A DNA stretch of 63,594 nt, the filler included, from Choristocarpus tenellus KU-1152 (lineage: Eukaryota > Protista > Phaeophyceae), in the NCBI GenBank assembly GCA_964200185.2. It is 7 parts of 7 records of this genome, joined end to end, with 100 filler letters (N's around TTAATTAATTAA, not from the genome) between each part and the next. Parts side by side here need not be neighbours in the genome. Positions count along the whole stretch, not along the records: positions 8,393 to 31,430 come from CAXNAD020000268.1; 6 more parts are not named here. One strand, given 5' to 3'. The notes under the pieces are model-generated. The model was not told the DNA's origin and did not search any database. It saw only the letters and a list, made by a program, of their open reading frames with translations. Within the stretch, counting starts at the first letter, position 1; the number at the start of each line of letters is the position of its first letter. The translations under genes and the position numbers were made by a program. Positions 12,252-25,562 of this stretch are shown in pieces.

Positions 12252-15200
12252 TCAAGCTGAAATATCCATGGGGGAGATGTTCCGTGTAGCATGGTGCCCA
12301 TTGCTATCAGTTTCCCAAGCTACAGCCTCCACTCCGAGTGGAACTTGATCAGCTTTCATAGTAACCACCTGGATGGGACAAGCTAATCTGTCATCTGCTC
12401 CTCTGCCGACACTGCAGCGCTCAGCTACTTCCCCAGTGCTGCTTCCAGGATCACATTGCAGTTCATCCCCCTGATTTGTGTTCTCTCCTTCCTCGGCATT
12501 ATCACGGAGGAGGCTATCAAGGCGGTGTTCAAGGATACTCAAATTCGCCAAGACCATGAAGGCATTGTTTGCCTATTTTTTTTAATAGATGACGAACAGG
12601 TCAGAAAGGAGTCTTTGAAAATACCATACAATTTGAAATTGTTCACTATTATCTGTGTCAACTTCTCAAATTTTGTCGTCTGGGATTACAGGACATCATC
12701 TACCGAAAATATGCATTTCGAAGGGTGGATCTTGGTGGTGGCGGATTTACGAGGGCTGAGATTGAACGCAACACAACACTCACTGCTTGGCACAGTGAAC
12801 TGCTTCTACTAACAGAGAGTCAAACATGAGTATAGATGCCAAAATTATCAGAAAAAAATAATTAAGTACTCTGCATATATCTACGTTGAACTTCCTAAAA
12901 AATAATGATAATGGAAATGGTCATATGTAGAGCACTTTAAACGTAGTAGTACCCATCATTTCAGTTCAGAGAGAAAACTAATTGTAGCAGAAATGATACA
13001 CTGCCCTTCACATCTCATCTCTACATTATTGAGTCCCCTGCGCACTCCTCTCTTCATGCCTCACACACGAACCTCTTGATAGTGATGGCACACCTACATG
13101 AATGCACATGCTTAACAATCCTCCTGATGCTATGTTGATCCACAAAATTTCAATTTACTAGCTACATTTTAATGAGACTATTGGGTTTCAGGAATTATGT
13201 ATAGAGACCTCCAAATAGATCGAAACATATGTGTAGAGGCTGGTGGCATAGTGTTCATATTTCAAGTGGGTGAGACACAAATAGTGCATTGAGCGTGTGT
13301 TACATTGTCCTTACCACAAGGGTGCTCATAACATTCCACATTCATCCCACGTTCACTTACCTGCAGGAGCTTGGAGTGTGTGTTGGCCAGATTAGTGCGG
13401 ATAGACAACTGCTGACCTGAGAGCTCCTGGAGTCTAACCTGAAGAACAGGAGGACAATAAAAGTTCATTCAAAAGCAAGGAGAGAAGAGAGCCAGGAAAC
13501 TAACAATCACTGACAGGATCAGTAGTGAGAGGAGGCTAATAGAGTGGGAAAGTCGCAAGAGCGAGGGAGGTGTAGATAGTTGTAACGATGCTACTTGGAA
13601 AAAGACTTTGAGATAAGATCAGACCTAGGTGGATGGAAGGTGTCTTTGTACTGTATATCAAAACACACCCAATACTTACCACAATAAATAGACCAGGTCT
13701 ACCACCCCAAAATGTGCTGAAAGCAACACCATAGAATAACCTCTTTTTGTATTATCCGTGTGTTTGTCTATCACCTCACCATTACAAACTCGAACTTTTC
13801 CTCGTTTCACACTCTTCCCCAAGCCCCATACACCGTACGAAAAACTTGTCAATCACTCACCCGAGCCATTGCCTGCTTAGACTCCTCTTGCATGGCGAGT
13901 TCCTGAAAGGGGTCCTCGTCTCTTTCTTCCTGGATCCTTTGCATCCCAACCTCTGAACTCGTGTTGCTGCGCCTCATGGAAACAGCATCAGTCTTGAAAA
14001 CATAAGAATATTCACAATAGCCCACTCGGTACCAAGGTTGTGGAGGGGGGGAGATTGAGGATGAGGTCGAATGTGATATTTGTGGAATATGAAACACTGA
14101 CGTTGCCTGCACTTGCTTACCCCATCAACGTGTGACCTGAGCTTCTCCTGCTTGTTCGAAGTACTCTTCAGAAAGGAAATACTAAAACGTACTTCTTTCA
14201 TATTGAAATATATATTCTTCGTGATTGAAGAGGGTAATTACACTTACATCAACATGAGATACTTCAAAATGGTCCAAGTATCTCCCCTGTATCTGGTAAA
14301 CTCTTTATTTAAGGTCGCAAAGGTTCTCTATTGAATCGTATGGTGTATGCACGAAACTCATTGAATACAGTAGTGTGAACACAACAATTGTTAGCACAGA
14401 TTATGCAGTGTCTACCATATACGATCAAAATCAACTTGTAAAGGGTCGCATTGTTTGAGCAAAAGCACAGTATTTGATTAAGAACTCCAGATGCCCAATA
14501 AGACCTTCTGTTCACAAGGAGGGGAGATAAGTGCGGGTCTTTCTCACCCTTGCACCACCTCTCTTCACTGAGGTATTGTTGCGATCGTCTGGTGCCCGGG
14601 GCGTAGCAGTAATCTTCTTTTTTGAGTTTTTCTCCCCCCCAGTGGTGGCTCTCCTCCGTCCCTCACTAATTTGATTCGCTTGTAGTTCCTTTTCCCCCTC
14701 GGCTCGCCCTGCAAGCACTCCAATGTTCCCCTCCCTTGCCACACCTAATCTACCGCTACCATTTTCTGAACCATGGCCAACAGGGGTAGCTGGTGCAGTA
14801 CCCAGAGTGGTATTACCTGATACTGGAGTACTGGTGGAGGTGGGTAGAAGCGAATTTGGCAAGGAGTGTGTAGCAGAGAGGCTAGAAGCAGCTTCGGCTT
14901 GGTCAGGTTTCATTGACTCTACCTCTGCCCTCTGTAATGAATCCTGAATAATCTTCTTAGGAGGAGAGTGACCTTGCTCAAGGTCTGAGTAACGACGCTT
15001 CCCCGCTACCTCAGATCTGCTGCTATAGAGACGCGACGTCATGGTATTGTTGTCAGTTGCCCGGCCAAGTCCACATAGTTGGGAGGAGGAGGTGCTGGGA
15101 ATCTCTTCCCTGAACTGAGTTGATGTGGAGCTTCGGGTATCTGCAGCCGGAGATGAGGGCAGCATTGAGGTCAAGGCTGCATCGTTCCCTCTTGATATCT

Positions 15201-16600
15201 TCCTTTCTTTTGTATTACCCTTGTTACACAAAGCGGAGCTTCTCTGTGTCGTCCTTTTTGAGGCAGAGCGGTCGTGACTATCGCAGAATGCATTGAAGAA
15301 GTTGCTGCTGCCACGCCTGCTACTCCCGGAGGTACCCTGAGCATCACAGACAAGCAAACCTTCCAGCCCAGATCCTCCAGCGAGGCCACAAGCTCTGATA
15401 TCAGTAGAGGATTCCGACTCGAAGCTTCGAATGTGGAGTGAGCCAGAGGAGCCACCAATGTCTATGGAGAGATCGTGTGATCGACAAAAAGCGAGAAAGA
15501 ATTGATGTACCAGTAGGCGCTTTTTTTTTCGTTCTCCGCAGGATGTGAGGGGGGGGAGTGATTAGAGAGACTTGTTACCTGAATCCTAAAAGCCAAAAAT
15601 GGACATCAGCACCTTTTACTACTATACATGTTCAACCTTGTTTGATATCATATCTATACATCGAGGCAAACTTTAATTCACACCGATCAAACTCCATTAC
15701 CAGATATAGTACACAGTGGACTCTGTTGTCTCCACAACCAAAAAGAGGACCTTCAACAGACGATACATGTGCGATATGATCCTTTCGTCAAGTCTTGCGG
15801 TTTTGAAGTTCTTTGGCAGAGAAGATCAGAGATCTTACCACTTTTTGTTGACCCGAAGAAGCCAGAAGACTCACCAAGCGATGTGTTCTTCACCTTTATA
15901 GCAAGGTTGGGCGGAGGTCGTGCTGGTGGAAGAAGGAGGAAAGAAAGAACCACAAGATGTAAGGGCGAGGAGAGCGGAGTTGCGGCTACGATCAACATAT
16001 TTCCGAGAAGATCGCATAGTGAAATCGCCTGGAAAATGAGGCTGATGTAGGGTTTCATGTTGTCTCGGATCGATTTGCGAGAGGACCCTTGTGGACAAGA
16101 ATTATTGCCATACTACTGTGCCGCCCTCACTCACTCACCACCACTCTGACTCTTAAAGCGATCCATTCAGCAGCAATACTCGAGGGTATCGCGAGTTGCC
16201 CCCCTAAGGAAATGACAGCATAAGAAGAGAAGTTCACCTATCTCGATAATGTATCGCAGTCTATTTCACCAAAGACAGGAGATTTGAAGCAAAGAACGAC
16301 GACTATCCTCCGCAACAGCAGGTTTTCGCCACTTCTCTTGTTTCTTTCCAAGATCTGATCAGTAATATTAGAGAAAATGAGCAGCGAAGGTGACAAAAGA
16401 AAAATAATTGTTTCGCCACCTACGAGTAGGGCAACAAGGATGACCCTCAGCGGTCACAAGAGTTCTGCAATCCTGACCCCTTCCGTATCGAGCAAGGAGG
16501 AGAGTCCTGGGCTTAGACTCGGCAACCTTCTTGTTCTCGTGTACCTGGAGAATTGTCTTCACACGTTCTTTTTTCTGGAGCATCAGAAGAGATCGCGAGG
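12252..16600 (-). CDS. Unidentified multi-exon gene: Ser/Gly-rich low-complexity region plus C-terminal coiled-coil-like segments
   Basis: Exons bounded by GT/AG at about 14548-15462, 13861-14107, 13341-13438 (VRLQELSGQQLSIRTNLANTHSKLLQ) and 12252-12572; 5' exons (~15830-16600) uncertain. Confidence 0.55.
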
Positions 16601-17229
16601 TGTGCACAATTCATACATAGTCCCCTGGGTCGGGGTGCAGGGTTAGGTTAAATATACGATTTTCACATAGTTGAGAACCTCCTCGAATTAATGATTCTGC
16701 CAGAAGTCTAGAGATGTGTTATGGGTGGTCTTGAAAAGTTAGAGAGGGAGGGGCCTCCCACATTTCGTCGTGCCGTTATGCTTTGTTGCTCTTAGAACAT
16801 CGATCCACGGCCCGTGTCTGTGTTCCCTTCTGCGGAGCACATTGAAACTAGATCAGGATGACCTGCCCCTTGTCCTTCCCTCACATTAGAGCCTGCGCTA
16901 CATATGATGTTCATATATTTTCTCTTTGTGGTCAGACAAAAGCAAGCAATGTATTGTGATTGATTGGAGGATCATCAACCTCCACTCATTGTTGTAGAAA
17001 AGGATGGAGATACAATTGGTTTGTAAGGAGGAGAGGAGAGTATATATGCCACTCTACACCACACACATTACCTCTATCGGCTGAAAATGCGCTTGCTCCT
17101 CGGTTCATAATCTGTGACCCCCAGGTTCCACTTCTGCTGTGTAACTGCAACATTTATTCCGTTCTTCTCGATGCTACTCAGCAGGGGGAGGGAATCTGTG
17201 GGCGAGCAAGCACTAACACGGGCACATCA

Positions 17230-20200
17230 ATGACAACGGTGGTAATCTCTCACCCCGTAGATGTACGATGTAATGACCGCGCCCGGGTCATGGCCAAGCT
17301 CAAGGCCTTGGCTGTGGATTGGCAGGAGCAGCTGACAGCTGGGAAAATCCCCACCATCAACAGTGTTAAAACCATGTAAGTGCAATATGTTATCTTTATC
17401 GTATTCACTAATGCATCGATATACAGTTACCCAGCTCATACACCCCATGCAGCAAGTGTGGAGCGCTGATTGGGATATATATGGTTAGAAATTAACTAAT
17501 ACGACTCTTGAGCACGACGATCAGCATGCAGTACTGCACCCTTCATTCCACCTCAAAGTGCTGTCAGACACAAACCACTCCAGCTAATTTTTTACCGCCC
17601 TCAAAAAACGCCAACAGCCTAAATATACGAATTGGCTCATCGACACCGAATCACTGCTATTGCCCTTACCCACACAATCCCTATTCCTCAAGCCTGCCCA
17701 CTCCCCCTTTCTTCACCACGTCTCTTCCCCATTGTCACCTTAGAACAAAGGAAAAATATGGAGGTGGTTCTGAGGAAGCATGGACGACGAGCGAAGACGC
17801 GCCTGGTTCAGCAGCCGTAGCCACTCGATTAGGGCAAGATATAGACATATATATTATGTCTATTGAAGCACTTTAAAGCATATACGACTCCAAATACTTA
17901 ACGTTGTGGCGGAGGCTGTAAGGCAAAGATACAAAGGAATATATCTCTATGCCCTGCTATACTCCTGCAACTAGAGCTCTTGACATCTAAAACCAAAAAT
18001 CGTATTGTGTTCAATGTTTTGTTGAAGCAGTTTGGTACGCTCTGGAAGTGCTCTATTATAATGTATAATCACTTGAAGGGCTACAGCAGAGGTGGAAGGC
18101 TTGAAGGGTGGGTACTTTTAGATCCGACCCTGTCTCAGCTAAGATAGAGCACTGTTTGTGCTCATCACTGGAGAAAGATACATCATTGCCTCGAACCAAA
18201 CAAGCAAATTATAGTCTTTGGTCTATGCCGTATGTGTCACACAAGAGTTTTCTTTTCCTATGTAACCGCAAGCATACCATATCTTCCTCTCTCTCTAGTC
18301 ACTTTGAATTTCGAACAGGATTCCAAGTAGTACGAATGTTGACACAGCTGCCTCTCACCCCTAAAACTGGTCCTGCACTCTCCACACTGCCTTGACTCTG
18401 GTCCTTCCCTTGGCCCTGTACTCCCCCTTTCCCGCTGGTTTAAATGCCTGTTTCCTATGCCCTGGGTTGTTTTCCACCTTTTTTCTAGCCATTGCTACTA
18501 CTCCTCGGTCTGAGCCCTCTCTTTTGTCCTGAATACAGGGGACTGACTAAGGAAATGGTGCCCCCGCCAGAGAAAGCTGATGATGATGTTATCGGAAGGT
18601 TTGTTCGAGGTTTCAACAGCTACACCAGGCAAGTAATCTGAGCCGTTATATCTCAGAGGGGGGGGTATTTAGGTCATTTCGAGTATTTAGGACTTTCGAA
18701 ATTTCTGCCCTACACCCAGTTTTGCCTGAAATGCAGCTAACACCCCTTTTTGGAAGCTGTGACTGTAGAAATAGAGGCGAACTTTCGTCGACATTAGCTG
18801 GAAATCGCCCTGCAGAGTGTTTGAAGCACACGCACCAGATGACATTCACAGGGGCCCCAAATGCCATCTCAAAAATTGGATGGCCCTTTCATTCAAGTTC
18901 TTCGTTGGACATTCTCATTGATCTATCTTCTTCTGATCACTGCAGCAGCAGGCTTTCGTTTTCTTCATCCCTTTTGCAGTCATCCCTAACTTACGGCAAA
19001 GGGCTTACGGGGTACCCCTCTCCAGCGAGCAAAGCGAAGCATGACCAGGACAGACTCGGTTGGACTCGCTGAAGTCTTCAAGTGTGACGATTATAGTTGT
19101 CGATGTGTACGTGGATCAATTGGTTACATCAAAACGCTTGCACGTTCCTTCTTTAACTCTCAACTCCTGCCATCTCCACTCTTGCCACACCGTCACCAGC
19201 ATCCTTTGTATTGTCAGCTTCTCGCTGCGTCTCCTACAGTCGCAAAAGACTGTAACACAAAGGGAAGTATACTATACTTTTGTGAAGCACTTCGACAACC
19301 AGGCAAGATTGTGAATATCAAAGGTAGAACTCTAGAACTCTAGAACTCTAGCTCTTCAATAATATCAGCAAATCTAGAAACGATGTACTTCAAAAAAAGT
19401 ATGTAGTACTACTCCGAAGTTCTACTATGGTTTGAAATACGTTGGAGACTGCTGTGGGAAATGCTGCCCACAGGATTCGACTCTAAGCCATAGAGACTTT
19501 CAGATATTTGGAGGAGAGTGGTCACTGCCAAGATAACCTATTGTAGAAGAATGGCCATGCCGTACAGGGATATTCTGGAGAGGAAGACTGGGCTACTTCT
19601 TTCTAGAGTCCTTCCTACTATATGGGGAATGATTGGGATAGTAACAATTTTCTTCTCGGAGTGGCACTGTTTCAATATCTCTACCTCATGGTTATTTTAA
19701 ACCATATTTTCGGTTGCTAAAGAGTCAAAGTATCATAGAGAGTAGAGCCGCGTCCGTTTGGGAGCCTAAATCCAATGTTGCGATTTTGATGTAATTTTGG
19801 CTATTGTGTTTGTTAGGAAGTGTCAATATCCTTGTTCCGAAGACACCTTTTCATTACGTATAATTTCACCTACCCCAAAACGTTTTGGAGTAGGAAAATG
19901 TCATTAAAAACCCGTGGGAAGCCAAGCCCCAAATGGACAAACAGGGAAAAATTCGTACCCTCTAAGATATTTTAACTCTAAAGATGGTGCTGAAAGAAAA
20001 CGTTTGGGGATCATTCTCACCTTCAAGTAGGTTGAGTACATGTTTGCATACTCAGGACTCAAAGTAGTTCTTCGAGCCATTTCAGCCAAACTTATAGCCT
20101 ATGTGTTTAACCTAGCTTCGTTTTGACGAAGTAACTATTTATACACCCGTACTATTGTACATACAGTAGACAGGAAAATGGGAGATGTAAGGTGTTGATC

Positions 20201-23200
20201 CCCTACACACACCTACAAAAATGCACTCTTTTAAATACTAAAAACGCATACGCAAGTACTCAGTTGGGATATGCATGATTGATGGGGCAAGTACAGCTCA
20301 AAATCTCCTTGTCAAGAAATAGAGGGCTAGGGTACAGCAACCTGTCTCAACTCTGTCTGGCATTTATATTTTCGAGATCTGCCTAGGAGCAAGCATGTGG
20401 AGCTACAGGAGTACCAGTGACGATTTGCACCACTTTTTAACTTTGATGTAGAAAAACAGTGTCACACACACTTAAACGTTTTTGAGTGTTCAACTTGTGT
20501 ATGTATTACACTAGTGTTGCACAAGTACTGCATATTGACCAACAGGCAGTTCTCAAGGCCTCTTTAGATTCTACAGAGGTCGGATTCAGTCAGAGTTGAA
20601 ACTCCAACTCTATTTATGCACTATTCTACAGCAAGGGGATTAATTACAGCGGTTCAGAGTATTACAGTGCATGTAGGGTACTCTAAAGTATGTTGTGAGT
20701 GAAAATATCTTAGAGGGTACGAATTTTGCCCTGTTTATCCATTTGGGGCTTGGTTTCCCAAGAGTTTTTAAGACGTTTTACCTACTCTGAAACATTTCGG
20801 AGTAGGTAAAATGTACACGTCATGAAAAGGTGTGTCTGGAACAAGGACATTGACACTTTCTAACAAACACGATAGCCAAAACTACATCAAAATCGCAACA
20901 TTGGATTTTGACCCCTAAACGGACGCGACTCTACACTCTAAGATACTTTGACCCTTGTACAAGCACTGCACATGTATGCAACTCTCTGTACATCAGGTTC
21001 CTCTATCAACCTCTTGCACTTGTACCCCTTTCCACAGACGCAGTGCAATGATGCCATCCTTGATTGCTGTGCTATCCTTGGAGAACCACGTCACTGCCTG
21101 GGTATAGTGGCCAGTGCAAGGGGATTTTTTGGGGGAAGGATCAAAATACGTGGGGAGGTCAGTCTTAACAATCCTTTCTGGTACTACCATTTAGGCGCAT
21201 ATTACAACTGTTCGATTTATAAGATAACATGTGTTTTGCCTGGAGGCCACAGTATTCTTGCATGCAGCCCTTTGTTGTGATGGTGCGGGTGGATTTGATT
21301 CCTTTCGCTCTTGTCCTGACCACAGTATTCCATATATATATATATACTTCAAGGTATTCAATTTGCATATAGTTTCACTGAATAATTGTTCTCTGGGAAA
21401 CTGCAACATGGAAGCCTTGGTCCACACACATCCATCCTGTTTCACGTTCAATAGAGTAGGTCTCAAGATCTAACAGAAGTAGAAAGCATACCCTAGCCCT
21501 GAGGCCAAATTGACCATGTGAGTGTTTAGCCTTTGAAATGAGGAGTAAGAAATGAAAGACAATGCACCCTATCTACAATCAAGTACTCCAACCTATACCA
21601 TGACGCCCGGCATTCAACATGCGACTAAACATAAATATATATATATCAATTTAGGGTTGCGTGGATTGGCAAGACCCTCAAGGAACTGGGGGATCATCTG
21701 GCCTTGCTGTGACATCAGACTGGCTCACAAAAACTTTAGAGATGCAGTCAGACGCGCGGTGCATATTGGTGGTCGAGAAGGACGGTATCTTCAACAGGCT
21801 ACTCCAAGACGGCTTCTTCAATAGGTCAGCATCGCTGAGTAAGGAGTGGAGTGGATGCCCAATAATGCCAATGGACTCCTAAAGTTCTTTTGCTTGTACT
21901 ATACTTCAATAGTATGTATTTCCTCCTCTTGTGCAGGTTTATTAGGGTGAAGTATGTAGTACTACTTAGGAGAATAAAGCTTTGGAACTTTACATAGCTT
22001 GAAGCGGTCCATGAGAGTATAATTATATGACTCAGAGAACCTTCAATGTGATTACCTTACTTTTGTTGTTCGGGCTTGTTGTTAGGGCTGGTCCTACAAG
22101 ACTAGTACTACATTGATCGTGTACCTGTCTCTCTCGTAAGAGATGTTGGTGGTATGTCGTGGTTTACAGCCATACGTTTATGCTTGATAACCTAAATAGT
22201 TCAACAGCTTTAATATTTTACACATTCCTAAGTTTAGGTCACATCCATTGCGTTACCCATTATATAGCTTGATCCATTAGTACATATCATTGGTGCATGT
22301 AGGAATAAGGCGTCTGCATTCACTCGATTGTGGATTTCAGGGGGACAAACTATGGTCATGCCGAGACAACATCGTCCACTCAATAGTATCGTTTCCAAGC
22401 AGTTTCTCATAATGAGTTAGAAGGTTGCTGATTGGGGCTGCAGGATGCATGGGTGAGACACAAGAAGACAAGACACATGCTCTAGAGCATTTTCAAAGTG
22501 CCCCTATCCATAGCACTATTTGTATATGTCTATGACTATGCAGTCTTGTTACCACCACAGAGTTCTCTGATGCTCGTAAGAACGAAACATCTATTTCACC
22601 CAAAATATTTCTCCATTTTGTGGTGTGTGAATGACTTCCTCCTCTCCCTACAGTCCTACTCCCTCCCCCTTCCCCATTTTCCCCCTCCTCCCTCACAGAA
22701 TACCGTCACTTATTTGCCTCCTTATATCCATCCAGTCCTGGGAACATGTTCAGTCCCACAGACAACTTGTACATCCCTTAATTTCATACTCATTGCCTTC
22801 TTCCTTCCAAAGGATACCGTGCATACTGGTCACGGGTCAGGGGTTTCCACCGCTGGCCGTACGAGCTTGTGTCCACCGCCTAGCCAAGGCCTTTCAACTC
22901 CCAGTTTTTGGACTGAGTGACTGCAACCCGTTTGGTAAGAGGGTGGAAATAATTGTGCTGTGCATATTTGTCCAAGCAGTCGTCTGTCCTTTTCATGAGA
23001 GTAAGCAGTCCGCTACAGTACTACCAAGGCAGGGCCACACAAAAAGCAACAGGCAATTGAAGGCGGTAGATACATATGCAGCGGGGTATTGAAAATTTGG
23101 ATTTTTTTGTTTACGACAGGATGCACGTTAGATTAGAAAGCTTGCGATCGCTTCGTGTGACCTCATCACATAATGGAGAGCATCGCCATCTCCAAACCGC

Positions 23201-24987
23201 CTCCATCCACTTTCTGTCAGTATTTGGGTTATTCCGTGTTCACAGGGGAAACAATGTACACCAAGAAACATTGTACAGAGCAGGAGAAGCGACACTGATA
23301 TATAAATGATGCCGCACTTTTGGTTGTGCTTGAAGTACCCCATATTATCTACGTACTCTGAGTACTTTGTGCATACTCAAGTACTCGGAGTAGAACAGAT
23401 TTCCTCTGAGCAATTAATTTGCACACTGGAGTTCTATGTACGTAAGGCTGTACACCAAGTGTAAGCATAGCCAAAGGAAGATTTTTTTCTCATCCCTATC
23501 AATTTCTTCCAATAGTTGTGCTTTAATTTTGTAATAACTTGCTGTGCTGTACCAGCACAGGAGCGCACTTTTTCGGTCTACCAGAAGAACTATCTTCTTT
23601 GTGTTGGTTCCTTCAAACATAGAGAATGTACTCACATCTTTGAGATGCGGCTTATCAACTACAGTTTGTTGTCTCAAGTCAAGGGATTGGAGCAAGGAAT
23701 AATACCCTCATACTAAATGTTGTCCTTCAAAGCGATCCGTTGTATGTGTGATAGTACCTGCCCAAAGGTAAGTATTGGTGCAAGAAAGTAAAGAAGTTTT
23801 CAAGTGCAAGGGTTTCAACACACTTTAGAGGAGGGGTGTATTGGGGGTAGGTTCTGTACCTTGTGCTAATCTGTATATAACTTCAACGAGAGGTCGCCCA
23901 CCAAGCCTGTGGGTCGATTTGGTATATCTTCCTGGGCCTACAGAGCCATCCTGCACATACAAATTTAGTGGTACACTTTATTCCCTCCCTCCACCTCTTT
24001 TGTCTTGTTGTTGTGCACTACCTTTTTTTCATGGGACATACGAACAAACAAGGGTTGGCACTCTTGCTGGTATACAAGTTGGGGTCAGTACGACTTGGAG
24101 TGGATGCCTCTAAGTATGCTGTTCCTGACCTTCGGTGGTTGGGTCTTCGTCCCTCTCAACTGGACGACCTCCAACTCACTGATGAGGTGTGTGAGGAGCA
24201 CGAAAGAAATAGAGACGTCTCTCTAGACCTCTCCAAGTCCAATTTACTCCCTGTATAACATTTTGAAGCTCCTCTACAATTTTCAAGAGTCAACGAAATA
24301 CTAGCGGTAACAATAATGAGATCCAGTGACAGTGAGTATTGCACGAAAAGCTAAAAGCAGCATTTATACCAATAGAGCGGCATGTATGTCGGATTCGGGC
24401 AATGGGATGATTTCCCCCTGCTACCTATGCTGGTCCCTCAATACTGGCATCACTCTCATCAGGTTTAGGACCGATGTCCCCACAACTTTTTTGTTCAATA
24501 ACAAAGGTTTTCCAGGACCTCAAGACAGTGGATTTGGCCAGGGCAAATTCTTTGTCAACCATGAGCTTCATTCTGAACAAACCAGAGGGTCACTCCTATG
24601 GGAGGGAAGTGGACTACTGGAAAAGCACAATTACTCCTGGTGACGAAAAAAATGACCACAGAAGTTCATGTAGGCTTGCAAACGACCGACTCAACTCATG
24701 AACAGCGATCAATTTTGGCGTTCACGAGATTTGCTTACCCTCAAACCATAAATGAGCACCTATTGAGTCCTTACACTGTGTGGCACTTTCTGGTAGAGCC
24801 TTTTCTCCTTCACTGTGCAACATTCTCCTTTCGCCAAAATGGCTCATCTCCACCTTTGTTCAAATTGATTTTTCATGGCATCCATTCAGGCAGCAAGGTG
24901 GAGCTTGAGGCACTGTATTCACTGGGCATGGATGCTCTCTCCGGCCGGTTCCTTGAAACTGCCATCCTCCAACATGATCACATATAA
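17230..24987 (+). CDS. SPO11: Meiotic recombination protein Spo11 (Topo VI-A family), SPO11-2 type, 9 exons
   Basis: Exons 17230-17375, 18539-18628, 19200-19302, 21038-21157, 21655-21824, 22813-22934, 24053-24186, 24507-24639, 24890-24987 join in frame. Motifs: TQREVYY (catalytic Tyr), LGIVASARG, ILVVEKDGIFNRL, LVTGQGFP, GLSDCNPFG (DxN as in SPO11-2), RWLGL, KVELEAL. Confidence 0.95.
19722..19978 (-). mobile_element. MITE family A copy in SPO11 intron 3
   Basis: taaa|gagtcaaagtatcatagagagta...taccctctaagatattttaactc|taaa; 4-bp TSD TAAA. Confidence 0.92.
20697..20954 (+). mobile_element. MITE family A copy in SPO11 intron 3
   Basis: ttgt|gagtgaaaatatcttagagggtac...ctctaagatactttgaccc|ttgt; 4-bp TSD TTGT. 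Confidence 0.92.
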
Positions 24988-25562
24988 TAGATATGTAGTG
25001 TGACCACAAAAGCAGCTGATGGTATTGTTGTCACCATGTGAAGAAGTCGATTCTTACACAACATTGCTGTACATTGTGTTAGTAGTACCTCTGCAACAAA
25101 AATGTTCGCACCATGTTGTTCTGTGGGAAGGAATCGTCCAACTTTTCATTGTAAAAGGCCCAATGAAGTCCTACACTCAAACACACTGACAACCTCCGTA
25201 AGGCCCCCAGCAAACACTCATATACAAGGGTAGAGCACTATGTACAGTGAGCGGGTAAGTAATGAGTGACATTGATGCCTCCCTCTCTCCATGAAGTTAT
25301 GAGGCCACCTGGATCACAATTCACCATCTCAGCCTAGCTCAAGGCATTTTCAACGCTCTCTTGTGTTGCTCAAGACAAAAACATCTATTCTGGAATACCT
25401 CATATCCCATTGATACCGGGCTTGGAAATTCAAAAAATCTGTACACAAACAATATACTCTTACAGTAAGTACATCATGCACCCTTGATCTATAGTCAACT
25501 ATATACTGTAGATTGACTGCCCTTCCTGAACCACAGTAGTTGTCACATACTAGTACATGAAT

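Noticed and set aside
19440-19660. Minus-strand GYLGSDHSP resembling an APE endonuclease end motif
   Set aside because: A single short motif with stops nearby is insufficient to call a LINE.
23353-23392. 14-bp-stem hairpin (tactctgagtactt/aagtactcggagta) in a SPO11 intron
   Set aside because: Too short for a pre-miRNA and no TSD or repeat support.
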